A stretch of 63,019 nucleotides of DNA, filler included, from Circinaria calcarea (lineage: Eukaryota): the NCBI GenBank assembly GCA_051942165.1. It is 11 parts of 11 records of this genome, joined end to end, with 100 filler letters (N's around TTAATTAATTAA, not from the genome) between each part and the next. Parts side by side here need not be neighbours in the genome. Positions count along the whole stretch, not along the records: positions 1 to 5,651 come from JAVECS010001834.1; positions 5,752 to 11,402 come from JAVECS010001835.1; 9 more parts are not named here. The stretch is one strand, 5' to 3'. The notes below the pieces were generated by a model. It worked only from the letters and a program-made list of their open reading frames with translations. It did no database searches and was not told the origin of the DNA. Shown piece after piece: positions 1 through 11,502 of this stretch (position 1 is the first letter of the stretch; every line of letters starts with the position of its first letter). The position numbers and the translations under genes were made by a program.

Positions 1-1547
1 TTATGCAATAGTTCAGTATAAGTAATGTGGTACGGACTTTCGACGTTCCCGGGGGGATAAATCTGAAGGCCGCTATCTCCATTTTCGATAGCTGCTAGGT
101 TCAAAAGTTCCAACAAATTTTGAGGCTGCATGTTTGGTGAGAAGCTCCCAACAACTCAGCATAAAATGAAGCGGCGGTCTGAAGTCGCTTTCACAGATAT
201 GAAGAATGCAACAAACGAAGCTTAGATACTAAGTTGCAATTACAAAAAGAGCACCTACCTTTTCCACGAGCTTGAGGAGGCACTGTCTCAATGGGTGAAT
301 GGGATCCCAGTGGAGTGATGCGTCTTAGAAAACGTTAGGGGCTGAGAATCCACTAGATGTACCAGTACGGCGTTGGTCATCCTCTGTGTAGACTCCCTAT
401 ACGGTGCTGCCGCTGCGCTCTCGTCTTTTTCCACGGTTCCATCATCATTTTGCGGTGCAGGTTCCTCCAAGGCTCTGAGAGATGCACATTCAAAACCATG
501 CAGCAAGGATTAAAGGATAGGGCGAGGGCTTCGAAGAGGCCGAGTTAGCGTTAGATGCCGTTTCGCTGCATGATGGTCACGGACACTAGACAATAGGTAG
601 GTAGGTTGATGCTACCTTTGAAAACGTACGCTGCAGACATGTAAATGTTGCGGCATGCAGTGCACACCGACAGCCTTATTATACCTATCTATATATTAAA
701 AGGGAACCAACCATATACTAGGTCCGGAGGTATGAGGGAATTTACAACCAATTATATCCGGTTTCTAGTTCCGCTTCCCTCCCGGCCTAACATAGTTCTT
801 GATATATCTGACGTTGTACACGGCGTCGATCCAGTAAGCTACATAAGCTACCACGACTTGACAATATTTTAGGGGAAAAAAGTCACCCGTACTTCACTAA
901 TCCAGCGAGCTCTGCAACCCTCCGCAACCCAGGAGCCAATCATATAAACATGTGGTCTGAAGCCCGTATTGGCACTTAGTCGTCGGCTTCTCCGCCCGCA
1001 AAATGATCTGATAGGCTGTCACTCAATGCCAACCTGCATGCTTTGGCTTAGGATCATGCACTGTCCGTCCGGCTCCTAGGTGAACTTCGACCAGCTCAGG
1101 ACCCATTGGGAATGTTTGACCAAAGGAGGGCTTCAAAATAATGCGTGTTACAACATTGTGCCGAGGTGTGTAGAGACTGAAAGGCTGAAGCATCTCGGTG
1201 TTCTGGAACCTGTGGGCTGCACTGTGCCTTCTTTAAATAGCAAATTCCTATCCTCGCCGGCATTCCGTTAAGGATTTCGAGTACGCTGTAAGTTGCTAGG
1301 TAGTCTGTATCCCAGCCTTAGGCATATGCATGATAAGCTTGCCTACCTATGTAAGCTTCCACCATTGCTTATACCACTTGTTTGGGAAGCAAGCACGAAA
1401 TTCAACAAAACTGATTCAATACATAGGCGTTTGTGCTCTAAACAACAGTCGCTGTTTCTGTTCACCACCGTTTACATTATCTGAAACCCATTCCTTCATC
1501 TAAATCAGCTCTCAAGAATTGTGGTGCATGAAAACGTGAGTTTCGGA

Positions 1548-2706
1548 ATGGATCCTCAACTGGCATTTCTGGGAATGGGCAATATGGGTCGGGTATGTGT
1601 AGATTCAGGAGATAACTGGCGTAGCTAACAAATTGCTAACTCGACCAACCCCAGGCTATGAGCAAGAACCTAATAGCCAAGGGAGACCTAAAAAAGCCGC
1701 TTATCCTTTGGAACAGGACATACAGCCGTGCTACCGACCATAGCGTCAGAGTCGGGTACTCGATCGTTGTTGACACTATCGAAAAAGCTGTTGATCAATC
1801 CGATATTATATGGTCGTGCCTCACGGACCAGGGAGCGGTCCTGGAAACCTTCGACGTCATCCTCAAGACAGATGTTAGAGGGAAGTTGTTCCTAGAATGT
1901 TCCACAATCGCCCCCCAGGTCACAAACAGACTTTCCCAAATGGTCATTGATGCTGGAGCGGAGTTCGTGGCCATGCCAGGTATGATTCTTGATGAAGTGT
2001 CAGACGCATCAAAGAACATTTCTGATTCCCCGGTGAAGTTTTCGGAGAGCCTGGTCTAGCAGATGCAGGTCTTCTTATATGCGTTCCAGCGGGCTCCCCC
2101 AAGTCCGTGAGTCGTATCAAGGGATATCTAGAGGGAGTGTAGGTCTTGGATTCTAACATTCCATTTCTTCACACCCTGCTGAATCAGATTTTGCAGAATC
2201 GGTCGAAAAGTCGTTGACTTTAGCGGAGAAGAACCCGGCAAGGCCTCACTTCTCAAGAACATAGGTAACGTACTCATTCTCAACGCAATAGAGACTGTGG
2301 GCGAATGCCATGTCTTTGCGGAAAAGACCGGGTTGGGTGTTGGAAACCTCCAAAAGCTCCTTGAAGCGATCTTTCCTGCTGGGCCGTATACGATTTACTC
2401 GAAAGGGATGAGTACAGGCAGATATTTTCAGCAGCAGGTTTGTTTTAAAACGGTATTAATAGCGCACTGGGTTGCTAACCTACGGTTGTCACCTAGCCTA
2501 TTGTACAAATCGGAAACGCACGGAATCTTGCCTTGCATGTCTCTGACCTTGCTGGGGAGTCTGGGATATCATTGAAGGCTTACAAGGTGGCAACTGAGCA
2601 TTTAGCTGCAGCGGAGAGCCACGTTGGCCCAGCCGGCGATATTTTGGGCATTTATGGCGCTATTAGGCTTGAAAGTGGATTAGATTATGAGAACACCCCT
2701 ACTTAG
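1548..2706 (+). CDS. NAD(P)-dependent beta-hydroxyacid dehydrogenase family protein (6-PGDH/3-hydroxyisobutyrate dehydrogenase-like), 5 exons
   Basis: Exon 1 MDPQLAFLGMGNMGR is a Rossmann GxGxxG; then LWNRT, ECSTIAP, AMPVFG, LLKNIGN; GT..CTAAC/CTGAT..AG introns; last exon ends GIYGAIRLESGLDYENTPT* at 2704-2706. Confidence 0.85.
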
Positions 2707-2767
2707 GTATCACTTCTCAATATATGTAGTTCAATTACTCCAATCCCAAGCGACCTACGATCTCGCC

Positions 2768-4187
2768 TCATTCCGGAACCGTAACAATCACACTCTCATA
2801 TAGCCCAGGGGTGTATACATACGTCTTAATGATTTTGAGACCTATAGACTTCAACAAAGCTTGCCACTGTATCTGTGTACGCTCCATAGAAGCGAGGGCA
2901 GACATCATTGTGAGATCCACTTGCGTCGCTTGCCAATGTGCGTTCGTATCCGGAAGAACCATATCGTCGATAAGGATCAGCGAGTCTTTGCCCATTGCTC
3001 CTATGGTGTTCTGGAGGATTAAACGGCATTTGTCGTCTGGGAAGTCATGTAGGATTCCGCGCATATAATAGAACTTGGCTTCTGTAAGCCGTTTAGCTTT
3101 CACTTTCAAAAGCTCAGGCAGGTACCGATTGGAAGATACCTTGAACTGGTTGTGGCTGAAAAAAATCGTGAACCATATTCTCGACACCTGGTGTAGACAG
3201 CGCGTTGTCGATACTGTAAGAAAGATCCTGTAGAATTACACGTCCTGGAAGATTGGGATATTTAGCTTTGAATTCGGCACACTGATGGCCAATGCCTCCC
3301 CCAATGTCGACGTAGACAGGAGCTTCCGATTTCCAAGCTTTAGTGTCTTGTTCAACTGGATATACAGATAGCCATGTAGGCATTCCTTTGCGTCGAGCAG
3401 CCATGTGTTGATTGAGATGAGTGAAGGCTTCTGGATGTTGTGGAAGCCAGAGAAAAGTTGGGAGCTCCGTTTTCCAAGCGTCCTGAAAAACTGTTTTAGT
3501 ACTGTCTGTAATATTCTGATATCTGTTTCTTGCTAGAAAGCTAGGTAGCTCCTGGAACTGTGGTCCAACGGTGTCGAAACTATGAAACTTCAGGCATCAG
3601 TTATCTATATAAAAAGAAGCAGCTTGCAACTGCGTATGAAGAGTAAATGGATAATACTTACTAATGACGAATGCCAGCTTGATTTCCAGGCAAGGCCAAC
3701 GCCTTAGTGATATTGGTAGCAGCATATGTGTCTTTTCCAGCCTCCTTAATCATTCCCACAGAGGCAAGGTATCTCAGCAAGCGGCCTGTTTTCCAGAGTT
3801 AGTATTGATTGACGATAAGAAAATGATAGGTACACGCTACTCAATAGAAGAGATTCTGCACCCGTCACTTGTGTGAGCTGCTCAAGGCTCAGTGGGGTTT
3901 CGCTCGCAGCGAGAAGGTCAAATATCTTTAGGTCAACGCCAACTCGGACACCTGAAACTCGAAGATGCTGAAAATTCACATATTAAACCCAGGTCCTTAT
4001 AATTTTCGCTCCATCTAGAGCTTTGAAGGTACAGTAGTAAGCTTACGAGGAACATGATCCTTCCCATCGTGTCATCTGGCGACTCAATAGAGTAAGCAAG
4101 ATCGCGAAGTGCTGTGATGATTTTTTTACGAGTAGCCTCATCGGCTGTGCTGGAGAGATCCTCGACTGTGTCAATAACTGCCTGCAT
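2768..4187 (-). CDS. SAM-dependent O-methyltransferase (Methyltransf_2, OmtB/AflO-like secondary-metabolite type), multi-exon
   Basis: Spliced ORFs give an N-terminal dimerisation region (RVGVDLKIFDLL), SAM motif VDIGGGIG, ILQDL, HDFFQPQPV and catalytic YYMRGILHDFPDDKC; ATG at 4187. Confidence 0.9.
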
Positions 4188-4286
4188 TCTACCAAAGGGT
4201 AATCCGAGAAGGAATAACAACAGATAAGAAGCAAGGAGAAACAAAAAATAAGCTGGGGCATTAAACTAAATACTGTAAGAGGCTTG

Positions 4287-4293
4287 TTATATA
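4287..4293 (-). promoter_or_regulatory. Candidate TATA box of the O-methyltransferase
   Basis: TATATAA on the minus strand about 100 bp upstream of ATG 4187. Confidence 0.4.
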
Positions 4294-4735
4294 CGGGAGC
4301 CCGGCATCCACCTCTATGGGAGCGCGTACTACCTATTGCGCCGAAAGGCAACCAGGCGGGGAATATCATCAGAATTGGGTTCAAATCCCATTAGCGCTTG
4401 ACTTTTGGCTGGCCTGATGGTTTTCCCGTCCTGTTTTTTATGACTTCGATTCGAGCCACCGTACACACAGGCTAAATGAACATCCTGTTTAAGGCTTTCT
4501 CCGGCTTCTAGCACAATCACAGGAATGCCCATCTTTCTAGTGGGAGAAATGCGAATAGCACACAAGCACCAGAGAGATCAAAGTTGTTGTGAGACCCCAT
4601 CACTAAGCTATAGATTCGTCCCAGAAGCTCAAAGCTCCCGAATAGCTATTCTCCAGCTAGGCTATCGATCTATATATACGAGTACTGCCATGCCAGAAAA
4701 CATCCAGGTAGCAGAAAGCATACACTATTAGGGCA

Positions 4736-5651
4736 TTAAAGCCCATTCTCCTTCTTAAACCGATCCCACGCCTCATTCAGCGTGCTAAAAACCGCACCGC
4801 TAATCATCGTTTGCTCCGTCGTAGCGGTCGTAGGCAACTATATATCTCCCAGTTAGCTTTGATACTCCTCACCACGGCCTAGCATATTCCACAAAGCAAC
4901 ACGAGAAACATACCTTATCGGGGTGAACTTTTGAAATCCCCTTCATATAAGCCACCTTGACCTTCCCCGGCACAATCAACTCGCCCATCCCTACCTTCTT
5001 CCACCCAGCTCCTTCCCATAGAACAGTATCTAAGCTCCCAAGTAACGCTCTTAGGTTCCCCTCCTTTCCTTTCCGCCATTTGGTGAGTCTCTCATCAACA
5101 CAGTCTGCAAGCGCGAATTTTTCATCATCCACCCGCTCAGCTTGGGCATTCGCAGCTCTCAGTCGATTCACTGCTTCGGTGGATGAGATTATGGTGGCAC
5201 CTTGCTTTCCGGAGAGATCCTGGATAACGGAGCTCTTTGGCTTCGGAGGTCTCCGTGTCGCAGGCTGAGGTTTGTGTGCAGCAAAATCACCTTGCAAGCT
5301 ACCGCTACCAGCAGCAGCCTTCTTGCACCTATTCCTTCCTTGAATGCTAGTGTTGCCTCCGACACCTGCTTCCGCACATTCCTTCCATACCTTTTCTGCA
5401 TCCTCCCATCGCTCAAGCTGCTCAAGTGCTTCAGCTTTACGAGTCATGGCTTTGCCCCAGAAAGCTGCCATCTCCTTACTTCCCTCTTCAGGGCCTAGTT
5501 CAATAGACTCACTCTCGCCTTTGGAAGGACCGATAACATTAAGAGCAGCGTCAGCGTCAGAAATGCATGCTTTGGGGTCGCCAGTCTTAAGATGAGTGAG
5601 GGCTCGGTTTGTAAGCAATACAGCCGTAAGAGGATGTGCTACGGGCAAAGA
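4736..5651 (-). CDS. SWA2: Auxilin-like clathrin-uncoating factor (TPR + C-terminal J-domain), 5'-truncated by contig end
   Basis: TPR (LLTNRALTHLKTG..KAMTRKAEALEQLE) and auxilin J-domain NLRALLGSLDTVLW..AYMKGISKVHPDK; intron 4838-4913; last exon LPTTATTEQTMISGAVFSTLNEAWDRFKKENGL*. Confidence 0.88.
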
Positions 5652-5751
5652 NNNNNNNNNNNNNNNNNNNNNNNNNNNNNNNNNNNNNNNNNNNNTTAAT
5701 TAATTAANNNNNNNNNNNNNNNNNNNNNNNNNNNNNNNNNNNNNNNNNNNN
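5652..5751. other. Artificial contig linker; identical linkers at 11403-11502, 17154-17253, 22902-23001, 28648-28747, 34389-34488, 40129-40228, 45859-45958, 51587-51686, 57304-57403
   Basis: N44-TTAATTAATTAA-N44 (stops in all six frames), always 100 bp; contig lengths 5651, 5651, 5651, 5648, 5646, 5641, 5640, 5630, 5628, 5617, 5616. Confidence 0.99.
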
Positions 5752-5815
5752 TGCTATCACCAATCGGGACTTAACATATTCCTCATTAGGCCCCAAGGAT
5801 TGCAGCGCCCTTACA
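5752..5815 (-). mobile_element. Possible LTR end truncated by contig edge
   Basis: Minus strand begins TGTAAGGGC at 5815, the same 9-nt terminus as LTR family B, then diverges; abrupt GC-to-AT transition at 5815. Confidence 0.3.
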
Positions 5816-6015
5816 TATAAATCGTAAAATAATTTATATTCGTGCCACTTTTCTATAATTATAACCATAGTAGTACTGATTTCAGGTAAGTAATATTAAG
5901 AGAACATGTTTACGTATACGTATAATATATTTGGCAAGGTAAATTAAATATAATTAAAATTCTATTATGCGACTGACTTCTATCATGCGACTGACAGGCA
6001 CTAACTAGTTAGTGC

Positions 6016-6073
6016 TTTTGAAAAAATTATTTCGCGAAATAATTTTTTCAAAATTTACCCTTGGGCACGATTA
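6016..6073. repeat. Dispersed palindromic repeat, copy 1
   Basis: Perfect 38-bp palindrome TTTTGAAAAAATTATTTCG|CGAAATAATTTTTTCAAAA (6016-6053) plus flank TTTACCCTTGGGCACGATTA shared with copy 2 at 28434-28499. Confidence 0.9.
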
Positions 6074-6160
6074 CCCCGATTAAAAAAAATATCGGAAATT
6101 TACAAATTTATACCCCGCAGGCCCAGTTCAGTAAAGAACTCATTACTGCTAGAAGGGTAC

Positions 6161-6494
6161 TGTAATGGCGCACCCCGCGGGGCTGTGCCAAGAGGTCTGA
6201 GCGATACGCGGGTTAGGCGTATCATTGGTACTGGACGTACTGGACGTGCTCGACGTCCACGACGTCCACCCCTTTCGGGAAGGTTCGTGTAACCTCAGAA
6301 AGACCTATATAGTCTCAGTCCTTTCCGTAGCATTTGACCTGTGTGGTCAAGACCTTACAAGTGTAGCAATATACTTCTATTGTCACTTATTACTTGCCAA
6401 GTGATTGGTATAGAACCTTAGTGCATATTACAGAGTCCCCGCCTTATACCAGTGACTAGCATTGCCTTTGCCTAAGAAGCTTAGGGACGTAACA
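6161..6494 (+). mobile_element. Solo LTR, family A (334 bp) with 5-bp target-site duplication
   Basis: TGTAAT...GTAACA termini; GGTAC directly repeated at 6156-6160 and 6495-6499; second copy at 45154-45502; internal CTATATAG TATA-like motif. Confidence 0.92.
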
Positions 6495-6545
6495 GGTACA
6501 GGCTTAAAGCAGCCTGGCTAAGTTCACTGTCGCAGTTTTCAGTGG

Positions 6546-6719
6546 GTCACCGTCGTAATACCACTGTCGCAATGCTACTATCGCAATGTTACTGTCGTAA
6601 TACCACTGTCGCAATGTTACTATGCCATTGGGGCCAGTAAGCTCTGCGGTAATGGGTTTTTGCAGTAATGACCTCTGCAGCGACAGTGACCTCTGCAGCG
6701 ACAATGACTTCTGCGATAG
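6546..6719. repeat. Minisatellites: six 14-bp units (6546-6629) and about 2.5 18-bp units (6669-6719)
   Basis: ACCACTGTCGCAAT-like units with a 42-bp higher-order period; TGACCTCTGCAGCGACAR x2 plus a partial unit. Confidence 0.85.
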
Positions 6720-6904
6720 TAATCGTTTCGATAGTAACAGAGACCTTCCTTCCACTAATAAAGGTTAACCACTGAAACAGGGCGACGGGGTACAAATTTG
6801 CAAGATAGGGTATAAATTTATAAATTTCCGAAAAAATATACAACTTATACCCCATTATACAAATTTATACCCCATCGGCCAAAATTAAAAATTCATCGTA
6901 AATC

Positions 6905-7124
6905 TGTAAGGGCTCTACCCGAGAACCCCTACGAACCCTACGGGGGAATTATACACCGAGGTCACGAGGTGTTGGCTTAGCGAGAAAGGTTTTCCTCGCG
7001 AAGCGTTATATAAGAACTTTTTAGGAATAATTTATACGCTGATGCGAATTAATTGAGCTCATTATCACACAATTCACCGACCCTTATCATAAAATCATTA
7101 TACTAGTCATAAAGGATCCTTACA
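6905..7124 (+). mobile_element. Solo-LTR-like repeat, family B (220 bp), copy 1
   Basis: TGTAAGG...CCTTACA inverted termini; colinear with 15845-16055; no TSD (AAATC vs GCATA). Confidence 0.8.
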
Positions 7125-7600
7125 GCATAGTAGTTACACACACAGCAACCCATACTCGTAGTTGCGCCACTTACTCTTTCACTTATTAATCGATGCCTAT
7201 TAGTGACGCCGTAGCTTGACACGAATACTAGCTATTATATATTTTTATTTTTGGGGGGTCACGTATTTAGTTCATAGGATCCTCTTATGGTAGATCCGAT
7301 CCAGTGGCTTTAAATGCGATTAGAGATGTAATTGCTGAGCTTTGAAGGGAAATAATAACTACTGATGTAAATTTAAAGCAAAGGCTTGAAATGTTTTACA
7401 GAGATGGATTATTGAGCAAATCTGATAAAGGTAGAATAAGGAGGTAGTTGTCTCACAAGAGTTTATATCTCGAATGAGTGAGCAACATCCCCCCCCCCAC
7501 CCTTTTAATTGCCAGGCACTGTGGTTTGAATCGTGAGTCTGCTGATTGTTCCTTCACCATCCCTTCTAGCCCTCATCCGCTTCGCCAAACCAAAATCCGA

Positions 7601-8070
7601 TCAACTCTGCTCAATCACTCCCCATCCCACCTGCTCCTTTCCATTGTAGATGGCAAACTGTATAAGGCCAAACCCATTCGATTCCATCTTCATGTACATT
7701 TTATTAATTGCCGCCAGAAGCTCACCCCAAGTCGTCTTCTGTCCTCGCATGTTCCACGTCGAGAGACTCAGGCCATGCTGGCCCCGCCATGAGAAGCCGT
7801 CTGATGTAATTTCTCCGTCACCGAGGTGGATAATGATGTCCTGTACAACGCCGTAAACCTCATGGAAGAGAGCCGCTAGGAGTGGTTTTGCGATGCCGCG
7901 TACTAGGCGGTAACGCACGTAGGCGCCAGGGTAGGGAATGCACCATGGTCCGCTGTCGGCGTCCACACGGGTGTGGAGTGTGCGGGGTCCGGGAATCGTG
8001 GGTGGGTGGTTAGCGGTTCTTGGGCCCCGGAACCCTGGACTCCGATGTGGGTTGGGGGCGGAGGAGCTGG
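7601..8070 (-). CDS. Hypothetical small protein; 3' exon, 5' end unresolved
   Basis: Frame is open from a CTGAC..CAG acceptor near 8068 to stop 7601; C-terminal TTWGELLAAINKMY..FAIYNGKEQVGWGVI resembles an uncharacterised family I recall from lichen-forming fungi. Confidence 0.55.
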
Positions 8071-10276
8071 CGGAGAAGACGTCAGTGTCTGATTTCTACC
8101 TGGTGATCTGAATGTGCTTTCTTGGGGACACATTGCCTGCCTTCTTACATTCCCGCTATGGCGTCTGGAGCGTTGAGACAGTGGCCCCCGGTGCTTGCGG
8201 GGGGAGCGTATTCCACTGCTCGTGGCCCCCGCCTTTCAATATAAGGGGATCGTGGCCTTCCTAGACTCGGTGCGGTCCACAGAGCCAACGTTAGAATGGT
8301 CAGGTGAATATAGATCCGCATGGCTAGAGCATGGAAGTAGGGGTCATGCTGACATTGTACAAGTACACGGAGGAGATAAAGACAGGTTTTGAATGCAAGA
8401 ACTCTTTGTAGATCTGGATCACGCTTCCAACTGATCGATCCTCACTAGGCGCATCAATCTGGCAACTTGCTTGGAATTGCAGTGGATTGCATGTCTCGAA
8501 TGGAGAATGTAGGCGCAGAATACAAGCGGCCCCGCGGTTAAGGATGGAGTATGAAAAAATCTCTGCAGGCAATTGGGCTGTGCAGGAGTTGACAAGAAAT
8601 CCGAGAGGGCTAGAACAGGCGCCGCTTCATACGTGGCGGTTATTGCGGATTGTACGGAGTAGAGAATGGGGAGACGTGTCCTACCGAATGGGAAGTTAAG
8701 GCGCGAGAACACTGCATCACTTAATAACACGATAAATCTTCGTTCACTTGATTCCAGCATGCGCATCGAGGCACTGGAGTCTCATAATTTAGATAGTAAA
8801 TAATTAGTTATCAATCAATGGAACGTATTAATTTGAGCCAAAACGGTCCAGAATTGCGTGCGCAATAAATTCGTAAAATTTTCGTCGAGTTTTTAGAGGC
8901 GAAATATCTTGAGTTATTTTACAAGGACTTTTTCTCACGATTCTACGGGCAAAATTACGTGTAAATAAGCGGAGATAAAGGGAGGATGTAAAGAAGTTCC
9001 TATAAATGTAATTATATATTGAAAAAGTTGTAAGTAATACGGTAAGTGCTGCTACACGACCTATTGGTGGAACCACCATTGCATTAAAGGCTATCATACT
9101 AGCTACGCTGTGTGGGCGAGATATATACTCGCCCACTCTTACGCTATTCCCTATTCGGTGTTGCCTATAGCAACTCGCTAGTGAGGAGGAATGCACCGTA
9201 TTTCAACTAAAAAAAAGAGGTAAAAGAAATAAAAAGAAATTAGGTCTATTAGTATTAATAGATTTTTAACATCATTTTTAGCGCCGTCATCCACTTGTTA
9301 TCCATGCCAAATTTTACCCAAAAATAAAGTCTGCGGGGCATAAAAACAGACCTGGAGCGCTGAAAATTAGGTGTGGACAGGGGCGTGGATGACGCCAAGA
9401 CCTATGACACCAGTTTTTTTGGGGGCGATCTCCGCAAGGGTTAGACGGTAACTCATTGATACAGTCTATACTCCCGAGGATCCAACCGCATCCCTGCAAA
9501 GAGAGTAAAATACATATCGCTTATGGAGTATTCCGTAAAATAGCGTTTACTAGCAATTACTATGGTACGCCCGGGGATGTTGGTAGTGCCCTGAAACCAA
9601 AGGAACGACGTTGAAGGGTTTAATTTAAATCTGGGCACGACCCGGTCCGATCCGAGCAAAATTTTGCTCGAGTCCCAGCGAAACCCTTAAAGTGGCCGTG
9701 TGGAAAGTAGGGGTTATTGACGGAGGGGGGTATGGCAGTAAGTTAGGGAGGTATGAGCCTGCGGTGTCTATCTTGACGGATTCTCAAAGTCAAAAGCTCG
9801 CGATCTCCCAGCCTTCCTTCTCGAAAGAGAACCATAATTAAGTGGTGGTGGCCCTTCGTAACATTCATATCTTTGCAAATCCAGTATCATTTGATTGACC
9901 CTTGGGAAATAAGACGTCCGGGACGTTCTTCGGTAGGCTCTAGTAATGTTTCTACTCTATCAACTCGGAGGGTGTCCTTCAGTAGGTACGCTCAATTTGA
10001 CTTGGACCATTCGTACGTGCTTTTTGCGTTACACTCTAGTCGCTGAAAGGGAAAAAGTAAAGAACAATCGACGTTCTTCCCAGGCCAGATGCATGCTCCC
10101 AGCAATTTCCACCAGACTTCCCGCATTTCCGTAACCCTCCCATGGACAGACCTTCGGTACATCAGCACACGGCCCACGAAGAAAGCCCTGGTAGCATGCT
10201 TGGGCACCTACGGCAGCCCCTAATCTACCGAAATACATTAACAAATGCCCGACTACGGAAAATCGTATGCCCACCT

Positions 10277-10519
10277 CTAACAAGCCGTCTGAGTGCAACT
10301 CCCACAGAACGAATGCCCACAGGTGCACATCAATGGTTGTCGCGGGTGGATAGAGCTCTGCTTGCAACAACAGCAGGCCATTCGGACATCGTTCTGGACC
10401 GGGTTGCCTGTCCCATGGATGGGTGTGCAGATCGAGGTCAACGTTGGATCGGGGACGGGCGAAGTGACTGGCTGGGCGGCAGGAGCCTTGGTGACGGAGT
10501 CGAGGTAGGTGTTGAGCAT
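10277..10519 (-). CDS. Possible Cys/His zinc-ribbon protein fragment, may be a pseudogene
   Basis: CCCCK-x11-CTCGHSFCGSC metal-binding-like pattern; several in-frame stops follow. Confidence 0.3.
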   Translation of the reverse strand: MLNTYLDSVTKAPAAQPVTSPVPDPTLTSICTPIHGTGNPVQNDVRMACCCCKQSSIHPRQPLMCTCGHSFCGSCTQTAC

Positions 10520-11502
10520 TGTGATGGAGCATCCAGGAGGCTTGTGGCTGTCTTTCTAAATCGGTCGACAGAGAGAGGTATGGCTTGGTGCAGCTCTGGC
10601 GGCTTTGGATGCTCGAGCGTGGTTTGATATGCAGGAAGAAAGATCATTGGAGCTTCCTGAATGCCGGGAAAAGGATTCCAATCATTCACATTTTCCCTCG
10701 TGTTGAGAGATGAGCACTTGTGTGTAGCAAAGACTTACGTGTTAGTATGCAAGGGGCTAACTGGCAAGTGCTACATATCGAAGGTAACACCTTGAAATTG
10801 TGTTGATGGAGTCCTCTCCATTGTCAGCACTTTCTGTTATGTGTGGAGGATGGCAGTGGTGTCTCTGAACTGAACTTTATCCCTGGTGCATAAAGTGTTG
10901 AAGAAATGGTCTGTAAATCTGTTCGGTCTGGAACATCAATGGGAATAGGAAGAGCGGGCAAATGCCCCGAGTATATAGGTTGTCCACATGATTTAGGGTC
11001 ATTGGGTGTCTTGGCTAGGCTTTTAAGGTGTGGCGGGAATTCTTCATCTACAGACCGTTTGATCAGAAGAAAGACTCGGATTTGCATAGGAAAATTATGG
11101 ACATATCATTTGTAATGGCTGCTGAGTCTGCCAGTCTTTTATCTATTGCTCAACCAATCTCAAGTTCGATAGATTTCCAGACTCTGCTTCACTAGCTTTC
11201 CATAATAGAGGCATGTGTATATCTGCACAGCTCTATCTAACGGGGGCTCGAGGAGTTTGATGACTTCAACGCTTGCTGTAACAGCCTCTCAAAGTTCGGT
11301 ACGCCCAAACCAGTAACCGGATCCCACCCCGTCGTAGCATTCCAACTGGCATAGGGTATAACACTTCCGCCAGGGACCTCGGATCCTGGCGTACTCAAGC
11401 CGNNNNNNNNNNNNNNNNNNNNNNNNNNNNNNNNNNNNNNNNNNNNTTAATTAATTAANNNNNNNNNNNNNNNNNNNNNNNNNNNNNNNNNNNNNNNNNN
11501 NN

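Larger units (their letters stand above)
6092..6831. mobile_element. Putative non-autonomous element bounded by 24-bp inverted repeats, interrupted by a solo LTR
   Basis: TCGGAAATTTACAAATTTATACCC (6092-6115) and GGGTATAAATTTATAAATTTCCGA (6808-6831) are inverted with 1 mismatch; further variants of AAATTTATACCCC lie at 6787-6875. Confidence 0.45.

Noticed and set aside
288..1484. Short ORFs at the start of contig 1
   Set aside because: No recognisable motifs and no consistent exon chain.
6546..6719. CRISPR-like array
   Set aside because: Contiguous tandem units without unique spacers; eukaryotic context; no cas genes.
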